Source: the human T2T-CHM13v2.0 reference genome, Homo sapiens. From it: 64,000 bases of DNA. The stretch lies in assembly GCF_009914755.1 (NCBI RefSeq), contig NC_060934.1, one strand, 5' to 3'. This document shows, in pieces, positions 41,230 through 54,829 of the stretch (position 1 is the stretch's first letter; each line of letters opens with the position of its first letter). A program made the position numbers and the translations under genes. Under the pieces are notes generated by a model. That model was not told the origin of the DNA, ran no database searches, and worked only from the letters and a program-made list of their open reading frames with translations.

Positions 41230-44200
41230 TTCAATAGAAATTGGATAAATAACTTGCCAAATGCTGAACAAACGAAAGAGGAAAATATTACTGATCAACC
41301 CACTGAAAGAAAGGAAGATAAAATCAGAAATACTGGAAATGTGATAAATGTAAAAGATAAAATAAGACTATTACTGAATGTATTGGTTATCAGAATACAT
41401 CCAAAAATAAGTGGACTAAACTTCCCTATCCAAAGGCTAAGTACCTAGAGTGCTTCAAACAGCAAAACCTGATCCATCTAAAGTAAAATGAAGCATAGAG
41501 GTTGATACTTTGACACTTAGGAGTTAGGCGAGGATCTAGCAGATAAATTCAGATATAGACAAAGCAAGGGAGGGAATATTTATGTCAAATAGAGAAAGAA
41601 AGCCTAAAAATAGTCAATGAGGCAAAAATGATCATATTATTAATAAAATATACAATCCACAATGAAGACATTGAAGTCATGAACATTTGCATTTCAAATA
41701 CTAGTAGAGGAAATAATGTGAAAATATAAAACATAAAAATTTGATAAAATTGTTTGGTACTGAGAAGCTCTAACACATTGTACAGAATTTTGTGGATTAA
41801 CAAGATAAAAAAGGACATACAAAGCGTGAATAATGTAATTAACAAACTTGGCATAGTACCTACATAGAAAACATTGTAAGCCACAAAGAGACAAAGTAAT
41901 GTATTAACTCAGTATTTATAAATATTGATAATGAATTAGGCCTAACAAAGTCTATTCTAAATAAGGTAGAAATTCTACAAGCCTTTTTCTCTTAGTACAA
42001 GTAGTAAATAATGACAAAATGATTATGAATTTTAACCACACAGAACTGTAAAACTACTTTTTTTGATCAAAGGACTCCAATCCCAAGGAGGGAAAGCTTT
42101 TTTCAAATGCAAATTACTTCCTTCCCACCTTCCTTTGGATCCCTTATAAGTAATCCAGGTCATAGATGATTTTTATCAGACTTTGAGGGAAATAATTCAG
42201 TATGATGCTATTTTAAAGTTCCCAAAGCATAGAAAGTTTAGAAATTGTTTGAAACTGATTATATAAGACTAGCATCACATTTAAGCCCAAACTCAACAAA
42301 GATAACAATGAAAAGCATCTATAGAACAATTGCACTTAAGAGTATAGATATAACACTTCCCTATAAAATATTTTTACGTTAAATCCAGGAATAAATTCAA
42401 AGAATAATATACCACAAACTACCCAGCTTTATTCCTAGGAATATGGAAATAATTTATTAGCATGACATATATTAATATAATTTATAACAATAATTTGTTA
42501 AAGGAGAAAATCCAAGTAATTATCACACTAATTACTTCAGTGGCAGATCATACAATTCAACAACTGCACCTACGTGTGTTTTCCTCACATCTTGGAAGGT
42601 ATTTGTCAGAAGAGCTCAGCCAGCATTATACTGAGTGGTGAAGCACAGGAGAGATCCACGGTAAGGGTAGGAATAAAATGAGGATGTCCACTCTTGCTCA
42701 GCGTGATGTCTCAGCATTGCCGTACAGCCATATTCTAGCAACTCCAAGGAGGAAAGAGAGATATGTTAATTATGCAAATACTGGAAAGGAAGAAATAAAA
42801 TGTTTGCTGTATTTAGATAACAAGACTATTCTAATTCTCTGCAAAGTAATCCATAAATATAGCAAAGTGTCAATTAACATCGCAACAGCATGCATTCTAA
42901 AAGTCATCTGGAAAAATGACTGAACTAGCAATACAAATGCTGATAACAGAAGAGAGGCACCGAGGGGCTTCCCCGGCAGGTTTTGCACTCTCACAATGCC
43001 AGGATGCCTTCCGCTGTGCGGGGCCAACAAGAGCACATACACATGTAAAGGTGTCTCTTTAAATCTCCAGGAAAAGGACAGATTAGTGGGGAATGCGTTG
43101 TGACAACCTACTAACCATCTTAGGGGAAAATAGTGTTACAGTCCTACCTCATACCTCACACCAAAATGAATTCCAGATGGGCTAAATATTTTTAATATTT
43201 AAAAAAAATCATAAGGGCAGTAAAAGAAAACATTTAGTGAAAATTGTATGAATATCTGGGTGTGAAAGTGCTTTCTAAGCAGGCAACCAAAATCTGAAGT
43301 AATATAAGGAAAAGACTAATAGATGTTAATACATAAAAACTTAAAATGTGCTCTGAAATAAAATAAAAACCTGCCATGTACAAAATTAAGAGATAAGGAA
43401 AACTGGGGGGAATAGCGAGCAGGAAGGGAATTGCCAAATACATATAAAAGAATTAAAATTGCTATTACCTAAAAAGATCTTATAAAACTGTTAGGAAAAG
43501 GCAAACACACCAACTTTTAGAAGCAGAAAGAGAATACAAACAGGCAATTCAAATAAAACGAAATGCAAATGACCAATAAATTTGTAAAAGCCCCAGTGAG
43601 GTATAATTTATAGCCCCAAACCAGCCTAGATTGAGAATGTTAAATGTGCAAAAAGATTATGGACACCCTTGCCCATAAACTGCTGTTGGGGATAGAGTCG
43701 CAGCCAACCTCCAGGACAACAGGCAGGAATTGGAAGCAAACACTCCCTCAACTCCACCGTAGGCACTGCAGCCTCAGAACTGGTTCTAAAGAAAGAGTTC
43801 CAGGGTGCATAGCTATGCGATCAGGCAGTCCTCACAGTGCTTTCATTTTTAACAAAAAAAAAAAAAGAAATGAAAAATTTTAAATGACCATCAATATAGG
43901 TTTAAAGAAAACTCATAACCCTGTTCTATAAAATATTATCCAAAAATTTACATATGACACAAATCCATGTTTATGAACATAGAAATCTATCCATATTGAC
44001 TACTAAATAAGGAAATCTGGAAAAAGAACAGTATGGATAATATAATTAAAAAGTAGGGTGTGTGGGTCTGTCTGTCTAGAATAAAGCATGACCCCCAATA
44101 TTACCAATGATTAAATTATGGCCCGACCCTATTGACATAAGGCGGTACTCATTCATGCAATGTCAATTCAGAAGGCAAGTTGGATACAGAATGTAATCTC

Positions 44201-44350
44201 TAACTACCACCACTGTCAATTTGTCTCTCTATATAATATGGATTTTTAAACTGTAAGAAAAATGACTGAAATAGTAACTGAAATTTTCTCTGGGTAGAGA
44301 GATTTAGAAAAATAGTCATTATTTTCACAATCTAAATTTGTGTATATCTC
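41230..44350 (+). mobile_element. Highly decayed old L1 (L1M/L1ME) ORF2 and 3' remnants
   Basis: A-rich, with scattered ORF2 motifs ('cacaccaaaatgaattccagatgggctaaata', 'aaatgcaaatgaccaataaa'). Confidence 0.6.
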
Positions 44351-44369
44351 CTCAATTTTCTGTGGAAGG

Positions 44370-44742
44370 TGTATTAGTTTGCTAGGGCTACCATAACAAA
44401 ATACCACAGACTGGGGGCTGAAACAATGAAAATTTATTCTCTCACAGTTGTGGAGGCTGGAAGGCTGAGCTCAAGGTGCTGGCAGAGTCCTGAGGCCTCT
44501 CTCTCTCCTTGGCTTGCAGATGCCCTGTGTCTTCACGTGGTCTTCCCCCTGTGTGTGTCTGTGTCCCCATCTTCTTAGAAGGACATCAGTCAAATTTGAT
44601 GAGAGCCCACCCTAATGATCTCATTTAACTTATTTACTTCTTTAAAGATCCTATCTCCAAATACAGTCACATTCTGAGGTGCTAGGGGTTAGGGCTTTAA
44701 CACATGGATTTGTGGGTGGGAAGGCCCAATTCAGCTCATAAT
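44370..44742 (-). mobile_element. MaLR solo LTR (MLT1B-like)
   Basis: tgtattagtttgctagggctaccataacaaaataccacagactggg...tctccaaatacagtcacattctgagg. Confidence 0.85.
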
Positions 44743-45719
44743 AGTTGGCATGTGGTAATTCTATAATCTGAGGAAAATGTTAAAACAAAAGGAGAACAAG
44801 AGAGGGAGCAGAGGGTCAGGGCGTGTCCTTGTTGCCACCAGCAAACAACCATGCCCCACTGCAGAACCAAGGCTGGGGGTGGTCATAAAGGACAGTCCAG
44901 GACAGCACTGTCCCAGAATGAAGAGCACAGGCTGGCTGCCTGGGCCTGCACCGTGGCATGCACCAGGACTTGCTAACACCCTTAGCTACTACTGGCACAA
45001 TTCTGGTGGTCTGCACCAGGAATGCATGTGCCCAGAGGACTGGCCCACCACCCTTTGAACCTTTTCCCAGAGGAGCCTTGGCACCTGGGAGAGACTTCCT
45101 AAAGCATTCTTCATAACAATCTAATGATAGGGACCACACCATCTCTTAGAGATGTGTGCGTTCAGGGTAAAATCTCTCAGGGGATGGCAAAATGTGTTGT
45201 TAATCCATCCTCAAAGATGTTTTTCTGTGCCATGCTACACACCTGGGCATTAAAATTACTCACTGAAATGTTCTGGCCACAGGCTTTGCTAATATTGCTG
45301 GGTTTTGTTAAAGTCGTTTATCTCTCCTGGAGACATGAATGAGGTCCACCAACTCTGGAGTGGCCACGGGCAGCATCTCTCCTGCAGAGAGGCTGGGATG
45401 TTGAGAGGCTATTTTGCAGCCCGGTCTGCATCCCTGCACCCCACTTCCTCCCCGGCAGCTGATGTGCATGTGCCTGACCTGACCCCTAGCTACAAGAAAG
45501 GAGTCCAGGGTCCTGCAACTTTCTGGGGTTCCTTGGAGATTCCTGGTGTTGGGTAAAATGAGGGCATTCAGCCCTGCCAGAAGTGAAGAGAGTAAGTGAG
45601 GTGGAGACAAGGATGGGCCTGAATGAACACGTCCAGAAGCAGAGTTCTCCAGCCTTCCCACGGTGTTTCCATGGTGCCTGGTATAACAGAAAGCATGGCA
45701 TTTTAACTGGATGCTGTGA

Positions 45720-45845
45720 GTCTTGTGTTTGTATCATTCCCCAAGAGACCCTGAGTTTCTTGATGGCAAGGGCCATTAAGGCCCAGCACAGTAGTTTCCT
45801 CATCTTTTGAGCTCAAAAAGATGTCCATTGAATGAATGAATACAT
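45720..45845 (+). mobile_element. L2 3' end fragment
   Basis: Ends 'ttgaatgaatgaa'. Confidence 0.5.
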
Positions 45846-47214
45846 GCACAACAACATAAAGAAATAAATGGAGGTACTTTTAGATGTAGGCATCACAATG
45901 CAAATCAATTATGATTGTTCATATTATTACTACAGCTTACCTCACCAGATAGTCATCTGGCTACTTTTTGCTTGAGCAGAAGATGCCTAATTGCTGGAAA
46001 CTAAATGACTCAGCATCTCACCAGCCTTAGTGACAGACATGCCCTCAGGCTGCAGCCTTGGCTCTGCTCCCTGGAATTAGATGTGGTCAATGGTTCTGAT
46101 TCACAGAAGCTGGTTTACCGACTTGTCTGTCTTTCTTGATTTGAGATGTAGCTGACCTCACTGCCCGTCATCACTGGAGTTAAAATCCCTGTGGCCATGG
46201 TCTGATCAGTCATGATGGTCATGATGATGCTGGGAATTTGAGTGTGTGGGATCATTTGCATTCTATCATAGAGAAAGCACAGCTGATCGCCACATGACTC
46301 ACAGCACCTGCTTCTCGCTTCCCTGGACCTAATTAATCTCCTTGTGTCAGAAATTTGTTGGCCCTGAGCCGACTCCAGGGGATGATGGTGCCAGCTCAGC
46401 ACACCAGGCAGGGCCAGGAGCCAGGAGCCAGCACAGGGTATGCAAGGCCTAGACAGCAAAAGGAGAGAAAGGAGCAGAAAGCCGGGAATGTTCCTAGGCT
46501 CTAGGACAGACTAGCAAGTGTCAAAGGATGATTCTTGAGAAAAGAACCATCCCAAGATTTTTTGACAGCTCCAATAAGGAAATAATAAGGTCTGTGCTGA
46601 AGGAGGCCATGACAATGGCCTCCTTGATATCTAAGGCAGGATTTCAGGAAAACCTTTGGGGACAGTGAGAAGTAGGGGACACGTTGCTACAGAGGTGCCC
46701 AGGGCTCTTGTCTGAAGGCACCATGGACTCTTCTGGATCAGAGCACTCAATGTGTCCATAATGTAGTCATTCAAAAAGTCCTTTTAATACAGCACACAGC
46801 AGGACAAGTTATTCGTTGTATGACACATGGCTGCTTGGCATTATTCCAGCTTTCTGTATTACTGTCACCAAATAAATTAAAAATTAAGAAATAGAGATAT
46901 TTTAGATAATCAAGTGTTATTTTCCCTGCCCCCATCCCCATCTCTTCATTTCTGGAAAAGCCACAGCCCAGGTGCCTCTGTGCTGGGAGGTGAGAGTATT
47001 TCTGAAGAGGTGGTAGAAGAGAACTAATGGGATTATCCGCCAGAGTGATCATTTGCAAAGAGTAGCTCATGGTTGCTGGAAAGGTTTCCACTGCCATCAC
47101 CATTGACCACAGTTATTTGCTCTACTGTGGTGAAATGATTTTAATAAGTTATCTGAAATCAAGTATTATTAAGTTATGCCAGTCGAGGGGCTCTGCCCGG
47201 GTGGGCCTTAAAAT

Positions 47215-47450
47215 GGCCCACTTACAGGAGATAGGAAGCTGCATCCCACCAGAATTATGATGTGACCTTAGGCACATTGTTAACCTCAAGTTGTTGAATC
47301 TCCTGAGTCTCGTTTCATCATGTGTGAAATGAGAAAACAAGGCAGTTGTCAGGGTTCGAGGAGCTAAGAGATGTAAATCCCTTAGCATGGTGTCTTGTCA
47401 CATGTGGGGGTGCTCAGTCAGGTCAGCTGCTGTTGTCATCATTACTACCG
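47215..47450 (+). mobile_element. MIR SINE
   Basis: 'tgtgaccttaggc...ctgagtctcgtttcatcatgtgtgaaatgag'. Confidence 0.7.
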
Positions 47451-47532
47451 CTGACATTAAACTGTTAGGCTTTGAACAAAGTAGCAATAGAAAGCATCAT
47501 GTTCCTAGGTTAAAATTTCCCCTGTTAGGAAG

Positions 47533-50500
47533 ATTAGAGCCAAAAAGAGAGATATCCCATCAAAGAAAAGCCCCAGGAACAGATTGAATCACTGCCGAAT
47601 TCTACCAGACATTAAAGAATAAATACCGATCTTACTCAAACTCTTCAAAACAAATGGTGAGGAGGGAGTACTTCCAAGCTCATTCTAAGAGGCCAGCATT
47701 ACTCTGATAACAACACTAGACACGGACACAACAACAACAACAACAAACTTCAGGCCTATATTACTAATGAATATAGATGCAAAAATCCTCAACAAAATCT
47801 TAGCTAGCCAAATTCAACAACACATTAAAAAGATCATTCATCATGACCAAATGGGACTCATCCCAGTGATGCAAAGACGGGGCAATGCAAATAAACATAC
47901 ACATGCAACATATGCAAACAAACAAACATAATACATCACATTCACAGAATCAAGAACAAAAACCATATGATTATTCCAACAGATGCTGAAAAAGCATTTG
48001 ATAAAATTCAATGTCCCTTTATGATAAAAACCCTTATAAAAATGGGTAATCAAGGAACATACCTCAAACTAATAAAGGCCATATATGACAAAGCCACAGC
48101 TAACATAATACTGAAGGGGGAAAATTTGAAGGCCTTTCCTGTAAGAACTGAAATAAGACAAGGATGGCTATTTTCACCACTATTATTCAACATAATACTG
48201 CAGGTCTTGGTCAGAGCAATTAGGCAAGAGAAAGAAATAAAAGGCATCAAAATTGGAAAAGATGGAGTCAAATTAGTCTTGTTCACAGAAGGCATAATCT
48301 TGTACTTAGAAAAACCTAAAAATTCAACCAAAAAACTGTTAAAACTGATAAATGAATTCAACAACATTGCAAGATACAAAATCAATATATTAATACAAAC
48401 TTGGTAACATTTATATATGCCAGCAGTGAACAATCTGAAAAAGAAATCAAGAAAGGAATCCTGTTTACAATAGCTACAAAAAATATAAAATACCTAAGAA
48501 TCAATCTAACCAAGGAGGAATCAATCTAACAAAGGAAGTGAAAAATCTCTACAAGGAAAACCATAAAACTCTGATGAAGGAAATAGAAGAGGACACACAT
48601 GCACGATAGAAAGATATTTAATGCTCATGGATTGGAAGAAATAACATTATTTAAATGACCATACTACCCAAACCAATTTACAGATTCAGTGTAATCCCTG
48701 TCAAAACATCAATGATATTCTTCACAGAAACAAAAAAAAATCCTAAAATGTATATAGAACCCCAAAGACCCTGAATAGCTAAAGCAATTGATATGGTTTC
48801 GCTCTGTGTCCCCATCCAAATCTCATCTCATATTGTAATCCCCATAATCCCCACGTGTGGGAGGGTGGGACCTCATAGGAGGTGACTGGATCATGGGGGC
48901 CATTTCCCCCATGCTGTTCTCATGATAGTGAGCGAGTTCTCATAGGATCTGATGGTTTTGTGTTTGACAGTTCCTCCCTCTCTCTCTCTCCTCTCTCTCT
49001 CTCTTTTGCCTGCCACCATGTAAGACATGCCTGCTTCTCCTTTTGCCATGATTGTAAGTTTCCTGAGGCCTCCCCACCCATGCGGATCTGTGAATCAATT
49101 AAACCTCTTTCATTTGTAGATTACCCAGTCTCAGGGAAGCTCTTTACAGCAGCATAAGAACAGACTAACACAGCAATCCTAAGCCAGAACAAGGCTGAGG
49201 CATCACATTAGCTGACTTCAAAATCTAGTACAAAGCTCTAGTAACCAAAACAGCATGGTACTGGCATAAAAATAGATACACAGACCAATAGAACCCAGAA
49301 ATAAATCTACACATTTACAACAAACTCATCTTTGACAAAGACACTAAGATTATACAATGAAGAAAGAACAGTCTTTTCAATAAATGGTGCTGAGAAAACT
49401 GGATAACTATGTGCAGAAGAATGAAACGCAATCAAATCAAATCAAATCAATATGAATTAAAGACTTAAATCTAAGACCAGAGACTATGAAACTACTTAAA
49501 GATGACAGGGAAAATGCTCTAGAACATTGATCTAGGGCAAAGATTTTTTGTATAAGACCTCCAAAGCACAGGCACAAAAGCAAAAATAAACAAATGGGAT
49601 TACATCAAGCTAAAAAGTTTCTACACAGTAAAGGAAACAATAAAAAAAGTGAAGGGACAACCCACAGAATAGGAGAATATAATTGCAAGCCATCCATTTG
49701 GCAAGGGATTAATAACCAGAATATATAAGGAGCTCAAACAACTCAATAGCAAACTCTTCTCAGGAGAGTAGAGAAAGTCAAACAAAACAAAACAAAAACA
49801 AAAACAATCTGATCAAAAATCAGATCAGACATTTCTCAAAACACGCAAATCATCGACAGATATATAAAAAATACTAATGTCACTAATGATTGGAGAAATT
49901 CAAGTCAGAACCACAATCAGATATTATCTCACCCCAGTTAAAATGGCTCATGTCAAAAAGGTAAGCAATAACAGATGCTGGAGAGAATATGGAGAAAGGG
50001 GAACCCTCATGTGCTGCTGGTGGAAATGTAAATTAGTACAGCCAGAAAGAAGAACAGTATGGAAATTCCTCAAAAAAACTAAAAATAGAACTACCATATA
50101 ATCCAGCAATTCCACTGCTGGGTATATACTCAAAAGAAAGGGAATCTATCAAAGAGATATCTTCACTTGTAAGTTTATTGCAGCACTATTCACAATCACC
50201 AAGATTTGGAACAAACCTAAGTGCCCAAGGATGAATGAATTCTTAAAATATGGTCTACGTACCCAATGGAATATTATTTAGCCATAAAAATAAATGAAAT
50301 TCTGTCATTTGGGGTGATATGGATGGAACTAGAGGCCATTTAAGTGATATAAACCAAGCACAGAAAGACAAATATCACATGTTCCCACTCATATGTGGGA
50401 GCTAAAAAGTAAATCTCATGAAGGTAGGGTACCTTAGTGGTTACCAGAGGCAGGAAGGGGAAGAGGGAAGGAGACATGAAAGAAAATAAAAAGAATATAA

Positions 50501-50620
50501 ATGCATTTATTACCATTGAATGTACACTTAAAATGGTAAAGATGGTAAATTATATATGTAAAAATTAATTTAATTTTTAAAAATAACAAAAAATAAATAC
50601 AAAAAAAAAGAGATAGCAAT
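47533..50620 (+). mobile_element. 5'-truncated L1MA-type LINE-1 (ORF2 RT to 3'UTR)
   Basis: ORF 47967-48407 ([10 protein letters not shown]...FSPLLFNI) and 49877-50101. 3'UTR 'atgtgggagctaaaaag...gtggttaccagagg' and A-rich tail. Confidence 0.88.
48789..49172 (+). mobile_element. THE1 (THE1D-like) solo LTR in L1
   Basis: tgatatggttt...gactaacaca with perfect 5-bp TSD gcaat. Confidence 0.9.
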
Positions 50621-51544
50621 TCCCACAAGAAAAAAAAGTTAGAAAAGTATTCTATATAGGAAGAGATCCAGGCCAAGCATGATCTTTTCTAGGGTTTATC
50701 AGTATAAATCGAGGCATGTATAAAAAAAATTTCTAGGGTAGTCAAGATTTTACTGTAAAGCCAGTAAAGGGACTGAAATGCAACCACCAAGAATATTAAG
50801 GAAAAGAAAGGATTAAATTTGATTATTAGTAAATTAGAACAATTTACTCCAGGGAGGCTGAAAATGGATGAAATCGCTCCCTTTGCCCCTTTAAATATCA
50901 CAAAATATAATTAACTTGGATTCAAATGCACACATCAAAAAGCAGGAGCATTTATGAGAGTTGTGTGATGGGATTTGATGTGAAAGGAATCCATATAAAA
51001 TGTTCCTTCCCCAACCACTGGGCCTGGAGGACATCAATCAGTCCCATAGTGATGGTGCCATCCAATGCCAGGGATAAGAGATCACACTCAAGGACTCACC
51101 ATGCTTCTCAGAGGACAGGTCAGAAAGTTCCCCTGCCTTCCGTGTGGATAGCAGTGTGGAACTTACAAGTTGCATTACTTTACAGCCGCTCTTTTGTTCC
51201 CACTCATTTTAAAGCTATGAAGGAAGTTGAATGAGGCAGCCATGGTTTCAAGGAATTGGGTGACTTGCCCAAGAGAGCAGAGAAAGTCACTAGTGAAATT
51301 GACCTTAGTTCCCTTATGAAGATCTTCTAGCCTGGCAATAGCACACACTGATGCTGGACTTGAAACTTGAGCAGCAGGGTATGAGCTGAGTCACAATGTT
51401 TGGCACTAGTAAAAGGCCAGCCCACAGAAGTTGGGATGCTGAGAAGAATTGGAGAGTGGGGCAAGGGAGAAGAAAAGTAGAAGACAATGCTAAGAAACTA
51501 ATAACCTCTTTTACAAAGTGGAGTGTTGAGAGTCTGTCAAAAGT

Positions 51545-51959
51545 TGTCTTAGTCAGTTTGTGTTGCTATGAAGGAATACCTAAGGCTGGGTAATTTATGA
51601 AGAAATGAGGCTTATTTGGCTCATCGTTCTACAGGCTGTACAGGAAGTGTGGTGCTAGCACCTGCTTCTGATGAGGGCCTCAGGAAGCTTACAATCATGG
51701 CAGAAAGTGAAGGTGGAGCAGGTGTATCACATGGCGAGAAAGGAAGCAAGGGAGGGGAGGAGGTGCTAAGCCATTTTTAACAATCAGGTCTCATAGTAAC
51801 TAACTGAGTGAGAACTAGAAGAGTGCCCACAGGAGGGCACCAAACCATTCATGAGGGATCCATCTCATGACCCAAACACCTACCAGAGGCCCACCTCCAA
51901 CACTGGGGGTTCACATCTCAACATGAGATTTGGAGGGGACCAACATCCAAGCTAACTCA
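51545..51959 (-). mobile_element. MST (MSTB-like) solo LTR
   Basis: tgtcttagtcagtttg...ctaactca with perfect 5-bp TSD aaagt. Confidence 0.9.
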
Positions 51960-52474
51960 AAAGTAAATGGAAATAGAAAGAAAAGGATGAGTGTATTATT
52001 TGAAGTTACAATATTATCAAGAGAGATGCTAGAAATAATCTAATTCTCAAACATTTCAAAGAACAGAGGCGGGAAAGGTTTGGTTGTCAGGGAAGCAAAT
52101 CTTCTATATGCTTGACGCGATGTGGATAAATAGGTCAACAGAGATAAAGCATTTTATTTAGAACTGTGGGATAGGCCTCAGGACAATTACTAAGAGGAAT
52201 ACTAAAAAATCTCTGTATTGTGGTTCTGGGCTGGGGTGGCATCTGGTGAGAGGCTGCTCTTTCGTATTATAAACCCTTTGTAATATTGTATTTGATTTGT
52301 TGCTATGAATGTCTATTACTTTAATTTAAAAAATGACACAAGATCAATTTTCTGTATTTCCAGCATAGAGACAGTTGCTGTCTTTTCATAAAGAACGTTT
52401 TAAAGAGAAATCCCTACAGAAATAATAAATAACATGCTTGTCATTCCTGACTCCCAGGGTACATGGTTGCTTTA

Positions 52475-52984
52475 AAACATAGGTTTTATTCATTTAGGTG
52501 TGGCAAGGCCAACAGATAAGGAGGGGACTGCTGTTGAACAGATAGTCTGTCATGCACAGATCTGGAGAGGAGGTACATGCCTTGCCATGGGGGCCACGCT
52601 GTGCCATGGGGGACCACATGGGGAAACTCCAGTGTTGGTTAGAAGTGTGGGGGGAACTCTAGCAAGAGCCTTTAATGTGGTTTTTGTGAGAAGGAACCAG
52701 CAAGGCAGTACAAGTAGACTTAGAATGGACTACTTTGAATAATTTTAGTGGGCTCTGGACACAGGGGTGTCATGAGTTGCCTGGTGCCTGGCCCTGGGGT
52801 GATTAGGGCAGGTGGCCGTGGCCCAGAGGGTGAGAGCCCAACGGAGGAGGTGGTTGGGAGGGCTCTGGAGTGGTTGGTTTGCATTGGAAAGCTGTGCTTG
52901 CTGAAGTCATTTACCATCTCTAGGGACTGGCCAGCCTGGGAGGGGCAGTCCCTCCAGGCCCAGCAAGGCACCGAGATTTCTACA
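52475..52984 (-). mobile_element. ERVL LTR (MER54/MER74 group)
   Basis: 'gcaaggccaacagat...ctgggaggggcagtccctccagg...cagcaaggc'. Confidence 0.65.
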
Positions 52985-54334
52985 CCTTTTGAAATAGTTT
53001 AGTCAAAAAGCACCCAGTGTCTATTTCTTGCAACTGCAAAAACAATATTAAAAAGAAAGCACTGATTGCTAGATATTGCCACCCTAGGTAGTGGTCACAA
53101 AGACCATTAGCCCCTGAACCCTCATGGATGGTTGTTAACAGAATCTTCTGTTTCTATCTCTGCTGTCCTTTCAGCCTTTCCCATTGTCCCCTTATCTGCC
53201 TCTGAACCAGAACAACATGCATAGTTCATCCAGTGGGCAGTGCGTCCTCAAGGTGAGTAGCTCTCCTGGACCTAAGTCCTTGCACGGCGAGCAACCTTCT
53301 GGCTTGCACTTGGCCACTGCACAAAAAGGGAATATGCCAATCCTTTCCATGGGAGCATGGGACATCTCAGAGCTCATTAACAATTGATGCTTTGGTTACA
53401 TATCAACTTTGTGTTTTTCATTATCACAAGCTAATTCCCACGCCAACATTTTGGATCTCTAAGCAACTGGCAGGGTTAAGCTTAGCATCCTGGCTGATAT
53501 TTGGTTGCTATCACTTCAATGTTAATAATAGTTTCAGTCAACCAGCTGGCAATATGGTAATTAGATAAAGCCTAGAAACAGGAAAAGACAGTAAAGGTGT
53601 CAACCTGGGACAGGGAAGCAGAGTGGCAGCCTTCTCTGTGAACCTACCTAGCTTGGCTAAATTTTCATAACACAAACACATACAAGAACACTCTGCTATT
53701 AAAAAAAAAATCTGGGGCCCATCAGCTTTCTTCTCATTTTTCCAGTGAATGGTTGGCAGAAATCTTCCAAACTGTCTACTTGACAATTTGTTTAAAAGTA
53801 TAGTTTTGCAGCTGGGTGATTTGTTTGCTCTTTTTCCCTCCAAGAATCAAGTGTTACAATCAGGGATAGCTTGTTATGATGGAAGCCGTGCGGGCAGTTT
53901 GGATTTTCATGGGTGTCCCCACCCTGCTGGCAGGCAGCTGGCTTTGGAGGCCTGTCCTGGATCCCTCTCACTGACTGCATCTCCCCTCCCCTGGTCCAGG
54001 CTCCAGTTTACATGGCTCTGCCATTGGGAAGTGGAATGGCAAAGCATATGCGGCCGTGCTGCTCAGCCAGGTACAAATGAGTTGTGTTGCTGCTCATCTG
54101 GGGCTGCTGGCTGCCTAGAAAAATGAAATAAAGTGAGTTTGTAACAAGCAAAGTCCTGTGAATTGTGGCCTCTTTCAATCATAAACAGACAGTTTATCCA
54201 CTGAAAAGATCATATGGCCCAAATAATCAGAGTGACTTTGGAAGAGTAATCCACGTGGTTTTATATTAAAGAGGGGGAGGGAGGGAAGGAGGTGGTGGGG
54301 GGAGGGAGAGAGAGAGAGAGGGAGAGAGAGCAAG

Positions 54335-54824
54335 CCAGATTTCTCCACAGAAACAGAAACGATAGGATATACAGATATAGTTGGATGAGGAGAGCTGTTG
54401 TGAGAATTGGCTCACTCAATTATGGATGCTGAGAAATTCCAGGCCACGCCATCTACAAGCTGGAAGCAGGTCCAGGCCAGTCCAAAGGCCTAAAATCCAG
54501 GGAGGAAGGGGACTGGTGTAAGTCCCAGAATCCAAAGGCCTCAGAACCAGGAGCTCTGATGTCTGAGGGCAGGAGAAGGTGGATGTCCTAGCTCCAGAAG
54601 AGAGAGACAATTCACCTTTCCTCTGCCCCATTGTTCTCTCTGGGCCCCCAACAGGTTGACCAGTGCCACCTACATTGGTGAGGGTGGACCTTCTTACTCA
54701 GTCCACTGATTCAAATGCTCATCTCTTCCAGAAACGCCCTTACAGACACACTCACAAATAATGTTTTACCAGCCATCTGGGCATCCTCACCGCAGTCACG
54801 TTGACACCTAAAATTAACCATCTC
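54335..54824 (-). mobile_element. MLT2B-like ERVL LTR
   Basis: 'ttctccacagaaacagaa...ttactcagtccactgattcaaatgctcatctcttccagaaac...gttgacacctaaaattaaccatc'. Confidence 0.85.
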
Positions 54825-54829
54825 AGAAA

